The notes under the pieces are model-generated. The model saw nothing but the letters and a program-made list of their open reading frames with translations. It was not told the origin of the DNA and did not search any database. The position numbers and the translations under genes were made by a program. A stretch of DNA of 64,000 bases, from assembly GCA_012295275.1 (NCBI GenBank), contig CM022667.1, forward strand, positions 19,654,001-19,718,000. The letters are read 5' to 3'. Below are positions 61,492 to 64,000 of this stretch, piece after piece. Source of the DNA: Chrysomallon squamiferum (lineage: Eukaryota; Animalia; Mollusca). The stretch's first letter is position 1. Each line of letters begins with the position of its first letter.

Positions 61492-64000
61492 GCAGAGTTC
61501 TTAGTCCTACCATCAGGATCAAGTAGCCAGACAAGTGAAACAGTTCGCAAAAGCCAGCTTCCCATGCTTGATGTTCATCTAAATTTGAAAAATAATAAAA
61601 TAAATAAATAGATAAATCAATAAGAAGATGAAGAAGAAGAAGAAGAAGAAGAAGAAGAAGAAGAAGAAAGAAAGAAGAAAAAAAAAAAAAAAAAAAAAAA
61701 AACAAAAAAAAAAAAAAAAACAAAAATAAAATAAACAAAAAATAACAAGATGATTCTAACAATAATGCTAAATGAACTTCTCTCACCCTAACTGCCTGCT
61801 GCTAATAATACTGAGGCAAAAAAACAAACAAACACTAAACATGCTAGAAGTTGATCTGTTCAAAAAAAAGTTAGTTAAGAAAAGGAAGAAATAATTAAAA
61901 TTGTTCACTGTTATAATTACAGTTAATAATAACTGTGTAAGGTAACAAAGTTAGCTTTTCTCAATGTAATACTTATATCTGATAGTATTTTAGATGAATG
62001 CATAAAATGTAAAAAAAAAAAAAGATTTTGCAAATGCTTCTCAATTTGTCTTGGGGAAAAAAGAAGCACAAAAAAAATGGATTCATCAATCATTAAACTG
62101 TAATAACTTCAAAAGAGTGTACTCTGACAATGAAAATAAAACAGATGATACAAGTATAACCATTGGAATATTTCTGTAACAGAACATTTTTCACTGAGAA
62201 TTTGCATTTCAGGTGTGATACAAATAGTAATTATTGATACAGAACTGATAAAGGGTTATAACAGAAACAGTGGACAGATTATTTAATTACCACACACACA
62301 GATACCCATATTTATATTTTTACAGGAGCTTGTGTTATTATTTTAAATACCTTTTTGCAAGAACTGATAATGAATGGATTTAAGTAGTACAGTGATAAAC
62401 CCAAACTAAAATGATGATAATAAATCTGGCTGCAAAATAGAGTACATTTAATGTAAAAGTAAACACAGATTAGCAGACTGCTGGCAGGAGATAACTAAGA
62501 CACAAGACATATTTTAATCTATTTACACTGTTAATATATAATACATGCAGATGCACTGAGGAGTGCTTAAGTGATCTCATCATTAAAGCTCGAAGATTTC
62601 CTGTCACATACTTGCCATTCCAAGCTATAAACACAAAAATATAAAAATAAAATACGTTGTTTTTTAATTCTTTTTCTCTAAACTATGTGCACTGATTCAG
62701 CACTATATTTACCAGAATTCTGCATGATAAATCTCCTTTTTGCACTGGCATCATTAATGCTTTGCTTAAGGAAAGTTTAATTTAATAATAACTAACAAAA
62801 ATGAAAATGAAAGATTTATAAGGTAACCACATTTTATCACTGAATTTACAAACTGAGGGGAATGAAAAAAGGAAAAAACCATTCTGTCCATTTCATGCTG
62901 GTTACCATGACTAACTGAAATAATTAGAAAATATATAACAGCAATTAACGCCCCAATAAATTATTACATATTGATAACACTTCCTCATTCAAGTATTTCT
63001 CAGTTACATTTATTTATAAATTCAAAGCCATTAGTGGCAGATACTTTCAGTTTGACCTATGTAACTCCAAATCTCACATGACTACATCTAAAATGTTATA
63101 GCCAAACCAAACAACAACAAAAACCATTAACTGATAAAAATGAGGTATTGCTACTTTCTTAAGACACATCTGTATGAAATGCACATACCTCAAATTTAAT
63201 ATACATGCACATAAACTTATTTAGACATATATCTTCATGAAAAGTATATTCCATGGACTGATCTTAATGTGATATTTTAACTGTATATCCATTCAACTGA
63301 TTAACAGGTCAGCATCACAGTTTAAAAAAAGAGGAAATAAAAAATTAATGCTAGTAAATACACAACTGTTACACTGATCAAATAGTATGAGTGAATCAGG
63401 TGTTTTTCATTTACTTACTGGAAGAGTATTATTGACTTCTCAGAACAATACTCAAGACATGATTATTAGACAAACTGATATCAAAATAAATATGAATAAT
63501 AATAAATAATTTACAAACAAAAGTAATACTGTTTGAAAATATGTATTCTTTAAAATAACCAAAATGTTTATAAACTGTACATGCTACATTATTATGATTT
63601 TTATTTATAAGGATTGCAGCCGTATTTTCTCCAACTACAAAAATAAAATATATATATATATACATTTTTCTTTTTGTATGTCATTTTGTATTAAATGGCT
63701 GAACTGACCTCAACCTCCATTCCCATCCCTCCCAACCCAGAAAGAAAAAACAAACAAAACAATTATTCCTGACTTCCCTTGACTTTTCTGTGACCCCCAC
63801 AAACCCTGTGAATTAATGTACATTCTATTGTGATAGCTAGAGAACCCATTATTCCACAGACTGGTATCAGTATTGATGTGCAGTTTGCATTAGTCATACA
63901 CTTTTCTGTCAGGTACAAAACAATCTCAGTTAAGCTGGTCTATTTTTAGTCACTAACCCATTTTATAAACCCAGTTCAATAGGCCAGATGACCATGACAT

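Overview
AT-rich, intron-rich animal DNA, most likely a mollusc or other lophotrochozoan (inferred from gene structure, protein divergence and repeat content). Seven protein-coding genes can be traced exon by exon. They are a single-coding-exon LRR transmembrane receptor (-), anoctamin-10 (+), an uncharacterised double-hotdog thioesterase-like protein (-), sirtuin-5 (+), IMPACT (+), cyclophilin B (+) and ANKRD11/12 (-). Unexplained structure includes a candidate spliced antisense gene interleaved with IMPACT, with its own CRE-rich promoter and a 197-aa frame that stays open over four exons. An ANO10 intron holds a TA-flanked MITE that closely resembles mammalian Tigger4/MER46. Tandem duplications of exon-intron junctions recur in three genes. 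There are also two GC-AG introns, a 16-nt micro-exon, and two coding disruptions (ANO10 coding exon 2 and an ANKRD ankyrin exon) that are probably assembly errors. All family assignments come from reading the sequence and recalled motifs; no searches were run.
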